A stretch of 64,000 bases of DNA from Lama guanicoe (GCA_013239625.1 MU054338.1:6736724-6800723); one strand, 5' to 3'; counted from the stretch's first letter, positions 47,396 to 64,000 are shown. The notes: a model not told the origin generated them from the sequence alone. Numbers and translations are program-made.

Positions 47396-47662
47396 ACGAG
47401 ACATACTGTCTGGCAGGGCGCGTGGACATACTGTCCAGCAGTGGCGAGGCCAGGGCTGGATACTATTGGGGTATCTCCAGCCTTGGGGTAGAGAAAGGGA
47501 TGGAGGCGGCCGTGTGTGGACAGACCAAGATTCACGCAAGTGCACACATGCGCATTCCCAAGTGGGAGCAGATGGGTTTGGCCCGGCCTGAGGGTCGCGG
47601 GTCGAGCCTGGGTTCCCGGGGCCCCCGCTCCTTCTCGCTCATCCTCTGTCTGCAGGTCCGCC

Positions 47663-50600
47663 ATGTGGGCGCCCAGGCTGCGCACGCTGCAGCTGCTGCT
47701 CCTGCTGGGCGCGTCGTGGGCGCGCACGGCCGCCCCGCGCTGCACCTACACCTTCGTGCTGCCCTCGCAGAAGTTCACGGGCGCCGTGTGCTGGAGCGGG
47801 CCGGCGGCCGCGCGCCCGGCGCCGGAAGCCGCCAACGCCAGCGAAGTGGCGGCGCTGCGCGTGCGCGTGAGCCGCCACGAGGAACTGCTGCGCGAACTTC
47901 AGAGGCTGGCGACGGCCGATGGCGCCGTGGCCGGCGAGGTGCGCGCGCTGCGCAAGGAAAGCCGCGGCTTGAGCGCGCGCCTGGGCCAGCTGCGCGCGCA
48001 GCTGCAGCACGAGGCGGGCCCGGGGGCGGGGCCCGGCCCGGGGGCGGAGCCCGCCGCTGCGCTGGCGCTGCTCGGGGAGCGCGTGCTTAACGCGTCCGCC
48101 GAGGCGCAGCGCGCCGCCGCTCGCTTTCACCAGCTGGACGTCAAGTTCCGCGAGCTGGCGCAACTGGTCAGCCAGCAGAGTGGCCTCATCGCCCGCCTGG
48201 AGCGCCTGTGCCCGGGGGGTGCGGGCGGGCAGCAGCAGGTAACTGCAAAACTACTCCCCTCTCCAAACCATAGTCATTTCTTGTAAGCATCGTCTGTAAG
48301 ATAGGCCTCCTGAAATCCCACGATCTCTTACCTGTAGTTCCAGAATACAAAAAAACTCCAAAAAAAACGAATCCCTACTTCTCCCCCATAACTCATTTGG
48401 GTCAAAACGCGACTGGTGGCTACTTAAAGTCTTTACTCGTCCACCTAATATATGAGATATTCATAGGATCCTGTAATCAAGCATATTACTCTGTGGTCAA
48501 AGATCAAAGACCGTAGGGGATGTTACGTAATATACATGAAGCCCCTGTTGTTACTATTTCTAACCCCTGCCATATTATTCTGAATTCTAGAGTTACGTCT
48601 GGCCTTTGATTTTAATAAGAGATTGTTTCTCTGTGATGGTAGCTACCTTACAGGGCTGTTGGGAGGATTGAGAAAGTTAATACTAAATGTTGGAGGTACT
48701 CATATCATTATCTCTACTCTACAGAAAAGTTCGGAGGCACAGATCCATTAAGCTATGAACCCCAGAGCAGGAGTAAGCCCAGCTCTGTTTCTTCTTGACA
48801 GCTGGAATTATGCTTATGGGGAGGATCTATCCATGCCCCTGACTCATCTCCTTCCCGTCTGGGTGCTGGGAGATATAGGAGCCCAGAGCCTCTTGGGCTG
48901 ATGGTTAGTGCAGTCACATCCAACTCTCTTGGTTACTCCAGGTCTTGCCACCACCCCTGGTGCCTGTGGTTCCAGTCAGTCTGGTGGGTGGTACCAGTGA
49001 TACCAGCCGGAGGCTAAACCCAGCCCCAGAGCCCCAGAGAGACCAGACCCTGAGACAGCAGGGGCCCTTGGCCTCTCCCATGCCCTCAGGGCACCCTGCT
49101 GTCCCTACCAAGCCAGCGGGTAAGACAAGGGCTGGGCTGTTGTGGATGTGAGGAGCCAGGAGATTCCCAGTGCAGCATGAATAAAGGGAAATACAAGTCA
49201 GGACTTTAATGTCAGATTTCTCTCAGGATGAGGAGACTGGAGGAAATGATGCTTTTATTCTGATGATGGAACAGGGAGATATGGCTCTTATTCTAATAAA
49301 GACCGAAATTCTTATTATGGTGTGAAAACAGGAGGGTTAGTCTTATTTTGATGAAGGGATAGGGAATTTAGGACTGCTACTTTGGTGAGAATTTGAGGGG
49401 GTTCAGAGTGTCGTGTTCAGGGCCTCTATTCTGGTGAGGAGACCACAGAACGGAGATTTAAGAATCCCAGTCTCCACATTTGCTTTAGTGAGAAAAGAGT
49501 GACAGAGTCTTATTTAGGGAAGTAAATGGGTGTTGTGGCTCTTATTTTGGTGAGGGAATGGAAGAGGCAGGACTGCTCTTCTGGTGAGGGGACCAGCGAG
49601 AATCAGGACTCTTATTCCATAAGGGGTTGATTGGTTCAGGCTGTGCCTCTCCCATATCCCTGTTCCCACAGGCCCATGGCGGGATTGTGCAGAGGCTCGC
49701 CAGGCAGGCCATGGACAGAGCGGAGTATATGAGCTGCAACTGGGCAGGCATATGGTGTCAGCATGGTGCGAGCAACAGCTGGAGGGTGGAGGCTGGACTG
49801 TGATCCAGAGGCGGCAGGATGGCTCCGTTAACTTCTTCACTACCTGGCAACACTACAAGGTGGGCACAGGTGGGTGGGGCAGGACTGGGCAGGGGAGGGG
49901 ACCTGCTCCCAACTTTCTGACTTTCCTGCCCTGCCAGGTGGGCTTTGGGCAGCCTGACGGGGAATACTGGCTGGGCCTTGAACCTGTGCATCAGCTGACT
50001 AGCCGTGGGGACCATGAGCTACTGGTGCTACTTGAGGACTGGGGAGGCCGTGGGGCACGTGCCCACTATGATGGTTTCTCCCTGGAGCCTGAAAGTGACC
50101 ACTACCGCCTACGGCTTGGCCAGTACCATGGAGATGCTGGAGACTCTCTTTCCTGGCACAATGACAAGCCTTTCAGCACCGTGGATAGGGACCGAGACTC
50201 CTATTCTGGTAAGGAGCTCTTAATTCTGGTGGGGTAGGGGGATAGGGAGCTCCTAGTGAGGGAATGAAATGGGGTGGGATAAGACTTCCCTCTGGTAGGG
50301 ATCAGGGTGAGCAAGAGAACAGAGGACAGGACTCTTATTCTGGTGAGGGGATGGGAAGTTCTGATTCCTTGTCTGATAAGGCAGTAAAAAAATTAGGACT
50401 TCTGCCTTGGTGAAAGGTGGCAGCTGAGAGCTAGGACTTGTATTCTAGAAAGGAAGTGGAGTATGTTGTTTTTGCTGATAAAGGAATGAGAGGTAAAGCT
50501 CCTACTCTGCAGAAAGGGTAGGGAAAATGTGACTTGTACTTTGGTAAGGGGATAAGGAAGGAATTAAGGTTATTACTCTGAAGAAGAAAGTGAGGAATGC

Positions 50601-50871
50601 CTGGCAAAAGCCTTATAATAGTGAGGTGCTTGTAGAGGCTTTTATTCTGGTGAGAAGACATGAACTCTTTCTCTCTTCAGGTAACTGTGCCCTGTACCAG
50701 CGGGGAGGCTGGTGGTACCATGCCTGTGCCCACTCCAACCTAAATGGTGTGTGGCATCGTGGTGGCCACTACCGTAGCCGCTACCAGGATGGCGTCTACT
50801 GGGCCGAGTTTCGTGGTGGGGCTTACTCGCTCAAGAAGGCTGCCATGCTGATCCGGCCCCTGAAGCTGTGA
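47663..50871 (+). CDS. ANGPTL6: Angiopoietin-related protein 6 (467 aa, 5 coding exons)
   Basis: Exons 47663-48238, 48942-49119, 49672-49859, 49938-50208, 50681-50871 sum to 1404 nt. The protein has a signal peptide (MWAPRLRTLQLLLLLGASWA), RCTYTF, a coiled coil, and a fibrinogen C-terminal domain (GGWTVIQRRQDGSVNF, GEYWLG, GGWWYHACAHSNLNG), ending IRPLKL*. Confidence 0.97.
49200..49630 (+). repeat. Degenerate ~30-36 bp tandem repeat, block 1 (ANGPTL6 intron)
   Basis: Recurring GGACTCTTATTCTGGTGAGGG-like core, e.g. at 49421, 49537, 49570, 49606. Confidence 0.65.
50196..50660 (+). repeat. Degenerate ~30-36 bp tandem repeat, block 2 (ANGPTL6 last intron)
   Basis: Same core at 50196 (the true splice donor), 50329, 50433, 50531, 50637 and further degenerate copies. 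Confidence 0.65.
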
Positions 50872-51159
50872 CTGTCTGTCCATTTGTCCCCCAGGTCCCA
50901 GGGGATGTTTGTCAGCAAGAGCCAAAGTTGTCCTGGCCACATCTCCTTCGTAGCTTAGTGAGGACCATGTCCCACAGACCTCTTCCTGTTGTAGATCTGT
51001 TCCCCAGGGCCCTGAAAACAGGACCCAGGAATCCCCCTGCCAATATCTCAGACCCCGATGGCTCCTCAAGGGTACTTAGATCTTGGTTTGAGCTCATATT
51101 TTATAACAACACAAAATATCCACAGACCGTGTCTGGTTTGCATCTGCACCTGGCTGGGG

Positions 51160-55361
<4,202 letters not shown>

Positions 55362-55502
55362 GGTGGCGGCGCGCAGGTCCCCGCGAGGGTCCGCACTGCG
55401 CGCTCGGAGACCCCCTACCTGGGCGCGCCCGTCGGTCCAGCAGCCGCGCAAGGCAGGGGGCGGGGCCTCTGGGCCGGCTCCGCCCTTCCTTTCCGGCCCT
55501 CC

Positions 55503-55513
55503 GTTTCGCTTTC
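55503..55513 (-). promoter_or_regulatory. ISRE/IRF element in SHFL CpG-island promoter
   Basis: GTTTCGCTTTC (GAAAGCGAAAC on the - strand), about 140 bp upstream of the ATG of a known interferon-stimulated gene, flanked by GC boxes. Confidence 0.75.
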
Positions 55514-56395
55514 GATTATTGGAAAGAGGGGGACGGGGCGCGCTGGCTCCGCCCCGGCTCCGCCTCTGCTCTTGCGCCCCAAACCCAGGCGGGCGCCCCG
55601 GGTCTGCACCCTGCGGCGGAGCGCGCGGACCTCGGGCGGGGGAGGCGGCGCGGCCTCTGCAGTCGGTCACATGTCCCCACGCTGCGCGGGGTCCGCGTCT
55701 TCACGTCCCTCGTGGGGGCGGGGCCGCATTGGAAGGCCGCCGCGAGTCTCCGCGCCCCCGCTAGCTCGCGCTCCCCCAGTTCATCGCTCTGCCTCCTCCC
55801 CTCCCCCCAGGAATCAGGCGCTAATTAGGACTTGAGCCCCTTCCTCGCTTTGGGTCCCTTTTCTGGCTACTTCCCTCTCTGAACCTCAGTTTACTCCTCT
55901 GTAAGATGGGGATGATGGTAGTGGCTGTGTGTGTGTGTGTGTGTATTTGTGCGTGCGCGCCAGGATTCAAGACCCCTGGTAGAGCACTCAGTAGCCCCTG
56001 ACTGAAGACACTCAACTAGTCACTGGGCCACCTACTATGTGCAAGATTTGAAGGGGCAGGCAGCTGGGGGGAAGGAGGAGGTGCTGGTTAAAAATACAGA
56101 TTCCTGGTCCCTAGTAGTCTTGAAGAATCGGGCTGTCTAGGGGTTCCGGGGAATTTGCACTGTAAATAGGAAAGTTGAGAACCCAGAGGGTGGGCCAGGA
56201 CAATTCTAACCCAGTAGGAGAGAGGGGCTGGAGGAACCCTGAGGCGGGGCTCTGGTCCAGCCTGGCGGCGGCAGAGATGACTTCTTGGAGGACTTCTGGA
56301 ATTTTGAGGTCTCAGCCAGGTGAAAAATGGACTAGGGGAAGAAAGCAGCTAGCTGTGCAAAGACCCCAGAATCAAGAAAGTCCAGCGCTTTAGGC

Positions 56396-56590
56396 CAAGG
56401 GGTCTCAACCTCAACACTACTGGCAATTCGGGCTGGATGGTTCTGTGTGGTGAGGGCCTGCCCTGTGTTGTAGGGTTGAGCAGCAGCCCTGGCCTCAACC
56501 CATTAGATGCCAGTGGCACCCTTGCCCCAGTGGTGACAACTGAAAATGTCTTCAGATAGTGCCAGATGTCCTCTGGGGGACAAAATTGTG
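56396..56590 (+). mobile_element. MER20-like hAT-Charlie element
   Basis: TCTCAACCTCAACACTACTG...CCCTGGCCTC.ACCCA.TAGATGCCAGT.GCACC...GTGACAAC..AAAATGTCT.CAGA. Confidence 0.75.
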
Positions 56591-57447
56591 TTAGGATAAA
56601 TGACTCTGAAAATTAGTTTTGAATGTGCACCTCTGTCAGTAAAAATGTTGAAGCTCCACCCCCAGATGGATATTTGTTGATAAATTATATACACATACAG
56701 TCATACCAGTAGATTCTGTAGATCATCTTATGGTACTGTATTTACTACAGAAAGATACTCCTTAGCAAACTAAAGGGGAATAAAAATATACACGTTCCAA
56801 TGTTTTCTACTTGAACCCCAAAGTTTGTTTGTGGGGTCTATGCAACCCTCTATGAGCAAATGTGAACAGTTCATGGTTCTTCGCGGCTGAGAGGTGGGAT
56901 TTCAGGCAGGGATGGGGGCCTGCAGGCTGCACAGAGGACCTGTGATTTTATCCTGAGGGAGGTGAGGGGTTGTGGAGAAGCTCTCCCGTTATAGTTGCCA
57001 ATGACTACTTACCCGATGGAGGGGAGGTCACAGCTATGTCCCATCCCTTGGTCAGGGTGGGCAAAGAGCTGGCAGGAGACAGGTGGGAGTCTCATCTTGC
57101 CCTGACACAAATCAGGTCTGCTAGATTCTCATCGTCCTGGCCACCATAGAGCTTACTCTGCCAGGCACTTTTCCAGGCACTGTGCACACAGCATCAAATA
57201 AAAGAAAGATCCCAGCCCTCATAGAGCTACTAGCATTCTCATGGGGGGAGGGGGGAAGACAGACAAGAAACAAGTATGGAATAGGATAGGAGATAATAAG
57301 AACCAGGATGAAAAATGAACTGAGGCAAAGGGATGGGTAAAGGGAGTCTAGGGAAAGCTACAGGAAGTAACACTGGAGGGGAGACCTGAAGGATATGGGG
57401 GAAGAGTTCCAGGTACACGTGGGAGCATCGAACTGTTGTTACCAGGT

Positions 57448-57930
57448 ATAGTAGTTCTCTGTTGCTGCATAACAAATTATCCCAAAACTCAGTGACTTAA
57501 AACATTATTAGTATTTCATATAGTTTTTGAGGGTCAGGAATCTGGGAATGGCTTTGCTGGTCTTTCTGGCTCAGGGTCTCTATAAGGTTGTAGTCAAACT
57601 GTTGACTGGGGCTGCAGTCATCTGAAAGTATGACTGGGGCTGGATGAGCTTGTTCCAAGGTGGCTCACTCACATGGCTGACAGGTGGGTGCTGGCTGTTG
57701 GCAGGATGCCCCATTTCCTCCCTACTTGGGCTGCTTGAGCTTGATACTCCCAACTTGGCAGCTGGCCTCCCCAGAGCAAATGAGCCAAGAGAAGGAAAGC
57801 CAGGTGGAAGCTGTATCTTTTCATTACCTAGCCTTGAAAGTCACACAGCATCATCACTTCTGTTGCCACAACCTGTATATTAAAATCGAGTCACTAGATC
57901 CAGCCCCTTGTGTTTAGGGAGCAGGAAATA
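57448..57930 (-). mobile_element. MaLR LTR (MLT1-like)
   Basis: GTTGCTGCATAACAAATTATCCCAAAACTCAGTGACTTAAAACA...GGTCAGGAATCTGGG. Similar remnants lie at about 105-430, 23700-24080 and 62895-63090. Confidence 0.65.
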
Positions 57931-60144
57931 AAGGCTTTGCCCTCTCTCCCCTCCTACCCTCTAATCTCCTGCTGGAGCCTCTCACTGGCTGCAATAGAAG
58001 GCAAAGAAACTAAGGGAGCCGGTCATGCGATCAGCTTCTCAGGGCACAGATTGGGGAGGCAGGGCAGGGGGAAGAGGGGAGAAGTGTGAGGGTTAATCCG
58101 GAAGGACAAACCAGGATACAGCCTGAGTATTGAATTTTGGCATTTGTAGATAAACAGAAAAGCAAACATTCCCAGCGATCACATGGGGGTGCTACTTACC
58201 CACCAACAGTTCTGTTGGAGCTGTGTAGCCATCTTGGTCTGGCCAGATGTGGCTGTGGTGTGAGCATGACTGCATTTTATCCTTTGTCTTTATAAAACGG
58301 TGTGGAAAGGAGAAAATAGATGTACTGATAACAGCGATAAAAAGTGTAGCCTTTGACATTTTAGTATAATTGAGTCAAAGATGGAGCCTATTTGATCCAT
58401 CCATTCATTAATTTGAGGGTCAGGTGCCTCCGGTGGGGCAGGCATGATGCTGGGCACTATTTCTGCCTTTCCAGAGTCATGGTCTTAATGGGAAAGAGAA
58501 CGGTGAAGCAATGGTATTACAAGTAGTTATTTAGTTATTTTTATGGTATACAAAAAAAAAAAAAAAGGACCCGAGAGATCCATGAGAAAGGATAATACAT
58601 GGGAACCTGACCTGGGTAGGGTGGTCATGGAGGAGGTGCCTCTTGAATTTAAATCTTAACTCTTTCTGAAATAGTGTCAAATGTTTTAAACTATGTATCT
58701 CATTTGATCACCAAGGGGGTAATATTATTACAAAAGGGAAAACAGGTTCAAGAATCTGCTCCAGGTGGCCTCTTAGAAGGGTGAATAGGAACTACCTAGG
58801 TGAAGAGGCACAAGGCAGAGGGAGCAGCATATGCAAAGGCCCTGAGGTGGAAATGGGCTTGGTCTATCGCAGGAAGCTAAAGGCCACTGTGGTTGGAGCT
58901 TAGAGAGCAGCGGGGAAAGTGGAGGGAGGGGACGTTCATGCCCAAATCACCAAACCTTCTGTTGGATGCTTTGAGGCTTATGCTGGGTGACTGTCTCTGT
59001 AATTGTGGAGGAAATAGACACAACTGGAGCAGGTGTATGCTTTTCGCAGGGTCAGTTTTCCCCTCAGTTTAAACAAGTGAAATTTGGAAATGCCCAGAAT
59101 TAGAAGTGTTGGGAAACGGGAAATCTCCGAACTGTTGGCTGGAAAGGACGTCCCTTGGTAGAACCTTTGGAGAGGGCGACTTGGCAAAAGCTACTAAAGC
59201 ATTGTGTGCTGTTTTAATTGTTTCTTTCAACCTCTGTATCCTGACGCTTTGACAGCTGGGGCCTCGTGGATCCTCCCTGGGCCGCATTTGTGTGCATTCT
59301 TCACGCGGATCTCCACACCACCTTTGCTTTCCACGTTGCATGTTTCTCTAACAATTGAATTCTTTTTGCAACAGGAATTCATCACTTTTGTGATCAGAAC
59401 CAACCCCCCCAAACCCCACAAAAACCAAAGAACAACAACAAAAAACACAGTAAGACAAATCCAATTACTTTTTAAAATAACATGTATGAAACATTGCAAT
59501 TCTATCTTTGACAATGACGCCTAAGAGGTAAGAAGTAATTTAGGGTTTCATAATTTGTGTAGTCCTTAGTAAATGGAATGTCCTTTACAGCACTGAAATC
59601 CATTGTTCGAGTTTTGCGAAATCAGCTTCAAACACATTTCCAGGAATGCACTACGGGCAAGAGTTGGGTGGTTTGTTTGGAACTCTGTTCAAATGAATTC
59701 GGTGAGTGGTAAAGTCACAGTGGCTAGAAGAGCCCTAGTATATGCAGAGCCAGCTGGGTGCCAGGCTCTCTGTGGGGTGTCCTCCAGGCTTTAGGCTATC
59801 AAGTCATCCTTCAGCCTTCTGGCTTAGGTGCCACTTTCCCCTCTTCAGATGAAGAATCTGAATTTCAGAGGAATTAAGCAAATCATGCAGGACACCTGGC
59901 TTGTAAGTGGCATAGCCAGGACTTGAACCTAGGCCAGCTGACCACAATGTTCCTTCAAGTTGGAATTGAGGATGAGAGGTACAGAGGTCTAGGGGGCACA
60001 TGTTGGAACCAGACAGTCTGAGTTTGAGTCCATTGCTAGCTCTTTGAGTAATTTCTTCACCTTTCTGGGCCTCAGTTTCCCCCTCTCTGAAATGGGAACA
60101 GAATGTGAGGGTTCCATGGGTTCATAAAGATGAACTATGTAGAC

Positions 60145-60903
60145 CTGCACTGGCTGAAAGGGTAGCCCCTCGCCACATGTGGCATTTGAGCCCTCGAAAT
60201 GTGACAGGTCCTAATCCAGATGCGCCATCAGTGTCAAGTGCACGCTGGAATCCGAAGGCTTATGTGAAATGACATATCATTGACTTTTTATACTGAATAC
60301 TTGCTGAAATGATAATATTTTGGATAGATTGGGCTAAATAAAAATGATTATAATCAATTTCACTGGCTTCATTTTTGCCTTTTTATCTTATTTATTGATT
60401 TTAATGGAGGCACTGGGGATTGAACCCAGGACCTTGTGCATGCTAAGCATGCACTGTACCACTGAGCTATCCCCTCTCCCCATGTTATGCCTTTTTAATG
60501 TGACAACTAGAAAAAGAAACTTTTTGTTTTTTGACATAGAGTTTAACTTCTTTAGCGGGGAGGTAACTAGGATTATTTCTTTATTTAAAAATGACATATT
60601 TAATTAAAGTTTTTGCAAAGGTAAAATATGAAACTTAAAATCGGTCTTAGTACATCAAAATACTAAGTTCTCTAACTGTATTCCAAGATGGCCTTTAAAA
60701 CATGGTATCTCATATGTCACAGAAGAGCGGCCTTGATCTGCAATTGTACAGAATATTTATTTATTTTTAATGGAGGTACTGGGGAGTGAACCCAGGACCT
60801 TGTGCATGCTAAGCACATGTTCTACCACTGAGCTGGACCTTCTCCCTTAGAAACATTTAAATTACTTACATGGCTTGAATTATATTCTTGTGGAATGGTG
60901 CTG
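60145..60903 (+). mobile_element. MER33-like DNA transposon interrupted by two SINEs (60405-60480 and 60557-60847, both minus)
   Basis: GCCACATGTGGC.TTTGAG...TTGCTGAAATGATAATATTTTGGATA.ATTGGG.TAAATAAAA, resuming after each SINE; both SINEs have A/B boxes. Confidence 0.7.
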
Positions 60904-63153
60904 ATTGAGAGGATGCAAAAGAAACAGTAACCCTCCAAGGAGCATATAGCTGTTTTTGTTTATGTTGCTTTTCTTAAGATGGACTATAGGACAACAGTCC
61001 TGTGCTCCAGCCCTGGGCCCGGTGACTCCGTGTCTGCTCCTGGCAGCGGGAATATCCACAGTTAATCATTCATCCCACATTCCGGAAAGCTCGCGGGGAA
61101 AGTATCGGGAAAATGCATGAGGTACTGGGACCTGGGGTGGCCAGATGACTTCATCTCTTTGTATTTCACATACTGAAATTTCAAATTTGTGGATACTCGC
61201 CTCCCCCACCAACTGCCGCCCCCCACCCCAGAACACTGGACCCTGTCTTTTTCTGATTGCAAAAGCAAAGTATGCTTATTCTTTTAAAAAAACTATTTAA
61301 CATTAAAATGTTAATTTAGAAAGAAATCTTTGTATACATAGGAAAATAAAGCTTTAAGTTACAGTTTTGCCTGTGACCACTGGGGTGTCCAAAAACATGC
61401 AGGAAAGAGGACATAAGCTTTATAAGGAAGCCGTGGGCAGTTCCTGTTCCTGGGGAGGGGAGGGTTTGATGGGGGCATTACATTTTCTTTCCTATGTTTG
61501 CCTTTCGGGGAATCTTTTTGTTAGAATGTCTTCATGTGTCATTAAAATAATAATAATAAGGCATGGCAACTCCTCATTGCTCTGCCTCCAGGATAAGCCC
61601 CATTAAATCTGATGTATATTCTTCCAAGTTTTTTTCCTTTGAGCTACTCATTTTTCTATCTGACTTCATGATGGTGGTATTCAGAGAAAAACAGTAATTT
61701 AAAAACACATCCAGATTGCTCAGCAAACAAGATTCAGGATGGAAAGAGGAACTTTGTTGCTGGGTACTCCCGGAAGATACACACCCTTTCAAGGGCCTTT
61801 GTTTTCTCATTTACGAAGTGGGAGGAAAACAGCCCTCATCTCCTAGAGTTGCTGGGAAAAGAAGGGCATTCATGTATGTGATGTGCTTAGATCAAAGCCC
61901 ACATGTAACATGTAAACATCAATAAATGTTTTGGCTCTTGTTACAAGATGCAAGTTCAGATGCCTCTCTGCCTGTGGCTGAACTTACTGAAGCCCTTTGT
62001 TTGCTCATCTATAAAATGGGATCATAGCCCTAATGCCTATTGTAGGATACAGTGAAAGAATGAGACACAGGAGACACCCATTCTGCCTTCAAGGATACCC
62101 AGGGGCACCAGTAAATAATAAGCCATTGTAACGCTCTCTCTATATGCCCAGATTGGGGAAGGAAGGAGTGTGTGGGCAGGATTCCAGAAGGAGGTATGTG
62201 GCACGGGATTGGACAGGGAAAGGAGGAGGAGCTGGACTGGGTGTTCTCAAAGTCTCCAGAGCATCAGGACCTCACTGAGGTCTTGTTAAAAGGCAACTTC
62301 CCAGTGCCCAGCCCAGACCCATCAGAGGTGCCAAGGCAGTGAGAAGACATGGGGTCTTGCTATTTGATAAATGCTGAGTGCCAGGCATTGCTCTGGGAGT
62401 GAGGAAAACAGACACAAATCCCTTTTCCTCAAGGAGGAGACATTCTAATGGTGGAGAGAGTAATGTGAAGATTTCTTGATAGTGGCTGCAAGACAGTAGG
62501 GAAGGTGGCAGATATGTGGAGAGCGTAAAAGGAAACTGTGGTTATTATTCTTAAGACATACAATCTTTTTGTCTTCTGCCATATATAGAGAAGAAAGATG
62601 CGTGCCAATATGACTAAGCACTGAAGATCTGGAGTGAAACAGTCCTGGGATTTAATCCGCCCTCCTCCATCCACCTGCTTATTGTGGGTCATTGGGTAAC
62701 TGATGTAACTTTGCCATGCTTGAGAGGGGCAGAGGAACGGGGTCTCTGATGAGAGTGAGGTGTGAAACAGGCTTATTGAGAGATCTCAAACAACAGAGAT
62801 GCTGGACAGGACCCAGGTGGGTGGTTCACAGCAACTCTAGGAGATAAGGACTGTTTTCTTCCCATTTCACACTCTTTTTTCCAAGGGTGGCCACTGTATT
62901 AGCTATTCAGTGCTGCATAACAAGTTATCCCAAAATTTAGTAGCTGAAACAACAAACTTTTATTATCTTGTGATTCCTGTGGGTCAGGAATCTGGGAATC
63001 ACTTAAAGTGCCTTTGCATCAAGGTTTCCCACAAGGTGGCAACCATGATGTCAGCTGGGACTGCCATCAACTCAAGGTTTGACTGATTTGGTTGAATTTA
63101 GATCTACCATTTTGTTTATTTCTGTTTGCCTCTTTTGTTTGTTTGTGTCTTTT

Positions 63154-63268
63154 GGGGGTGGGGATGTAATTAGGTTTATTTATTTATTCTTAGAGAAGGT
63201 ACTGAGGATTGAACACAGGGCCTCATGCATGCTAAGCATGTACTCTACCACTTGAGCTACACCTTCCC
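63154..63268 (-). mobile_element. tRNA-derived SINE (camelid-type)
   Basis: GTAATTAGGTTTATTTATTTATT...GGTACTGAGGATTGAA...CATGCTAAGCATG..CTCTACCAC.TGAGCTA. Confidence 0.85.
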
Positions 63269-63321
63269 ACACTGTTTTTTGTTCTTCTCTTTTTCCCCCT
63301 TTCCTGTATTCTTTTGGATTA

Positions 63322-63515
63322 CAGGCATACCTTGGAGATATTACAAGTTTGGTCCAAGATCACAGCAATAAAGCAAATATCATAATAAAGTGTGTCATAT
63401 GAAATTTTTGGTTTCTCAGTTCATATGAAAGTTATGTTTACACTCTACTGTAGTCTATTAAGTGTGCAATAGCATTATGTCCAAAAAACAGTGTACATAC
63501 CTCAGTTAAAAATAC
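63322..63515 (+). mobile_element. Tigger1-derived fragment (left arm)
   Basis: TA + CAGGCATACCTTGGAGATATT; homologous to about 28513-28740. Confidence 0.75.
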
Positions 63516-64000
63516 AAAACAAACAAAAACCAAAGAAAAAATAAAAATAATAAAAACACAAAAAAATACAAAATAAAAAAACCCAATATAATAGTAACAT
63601 CAAAAATCATACTTAATCTATAGTTAGTTTTTCCTGATTGTCTCAAGAATATCTTATTTTTTGTTGATTCATTTTAATCAAGGTCCAAACAAGGTCGACA
63701 CATGTAATTTAGTACTTATTTTTCTTATGTGTCTTTTAATCTATAATAAGCAATGCCCTTTATTTATAGAACCCACTGGCTTTTCTGTAATATGGTACAC
63801 TTGGAGAAAGCACACCCATTATTAAGTGCTTCAGCCAAGAGGAGACGCACATCTTTTCTGCTAACATTCCATTGGCCAGGACCCATCACGTGGCTCCACC
63901 CACCAGCAGAGGAGTCTGGGAAATGTCATTTAGCTGAATGGTCAGAAATCAAGGAAACAGGTTAGGTGAACACATCACACTGTTTGTGCTCCATCCCCTC

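Noticed and set aside
49200..50660. Repeat-spacer-like pattern considered as CRISPR-like
   Set aside because: Eukaryotic intron context, highly degenerate units and no cas genes; treated as an old minisatellite.
59050..59230. Apparent NF-kB/IRF motif cluster (GGAAATGCCC, GGGAAACGGGAAATCTCC) upstream of SHFL
   Set aside because: The segment reads like a decayed L1M fragment (...GGGAAACGGGAA.CTC....ACTG.TGG.TGG...GGTA.AACC.TTGGA.GGC.A.TTGGCA). The motifs are probably incidental, though exaptation cannot be excluded.

Overview
This is mammalian genomic DNA, not prokaryotic, so the six-frame ORF track mostly shows exon fragments and GC-rich noise. The window is the conserved gene cluster syntenic with human 19p13.2. 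It holds the last 31 coding exons of DNMT1 (+; the 5' end lies outside the window) and complete, frame-consistent EIF3G (+), P2RY11 (-), PPAN (-), ANGPTL6 (+) and SHFL/C19orf66 (-). PPAN hosts two intronic C/D-box snoRNAs, SNORD105 and SNORD105B. Intergenic and intronic space carries tRNA-derived SINEs resembling the camelid family (species not proven), L1/L2/MIR remnants, MLT1 LTRs and MER/Tigger DNA transposons. I found no new protein-coding system. The most interesting signals concern RNA processing. (1) A cryptic degenerate ~33-bp repeat array in two ANGPTL6 introns copies a real splice donor and also supplies the antisense poly(A) signal for SHFL. (2) PPAN has only weak poly(A) signals and two phase-compatible routes to a PPAN-P2RY11 fusion. 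(3) EIF3G and P2RY11 have opposed poly(A) signals 28 nt apart. (4) A sense SINE places AATAAA hexamers just before the DNMT1 catalytic exon. (5) Two small orphan retrocopies are nested with SINEs. Exon coordinates were read by eye from GT/AG boundaries and checked by frame arithmetic. Repeat family names and comparisons with human sequence come from recognition and recall, not database searches.
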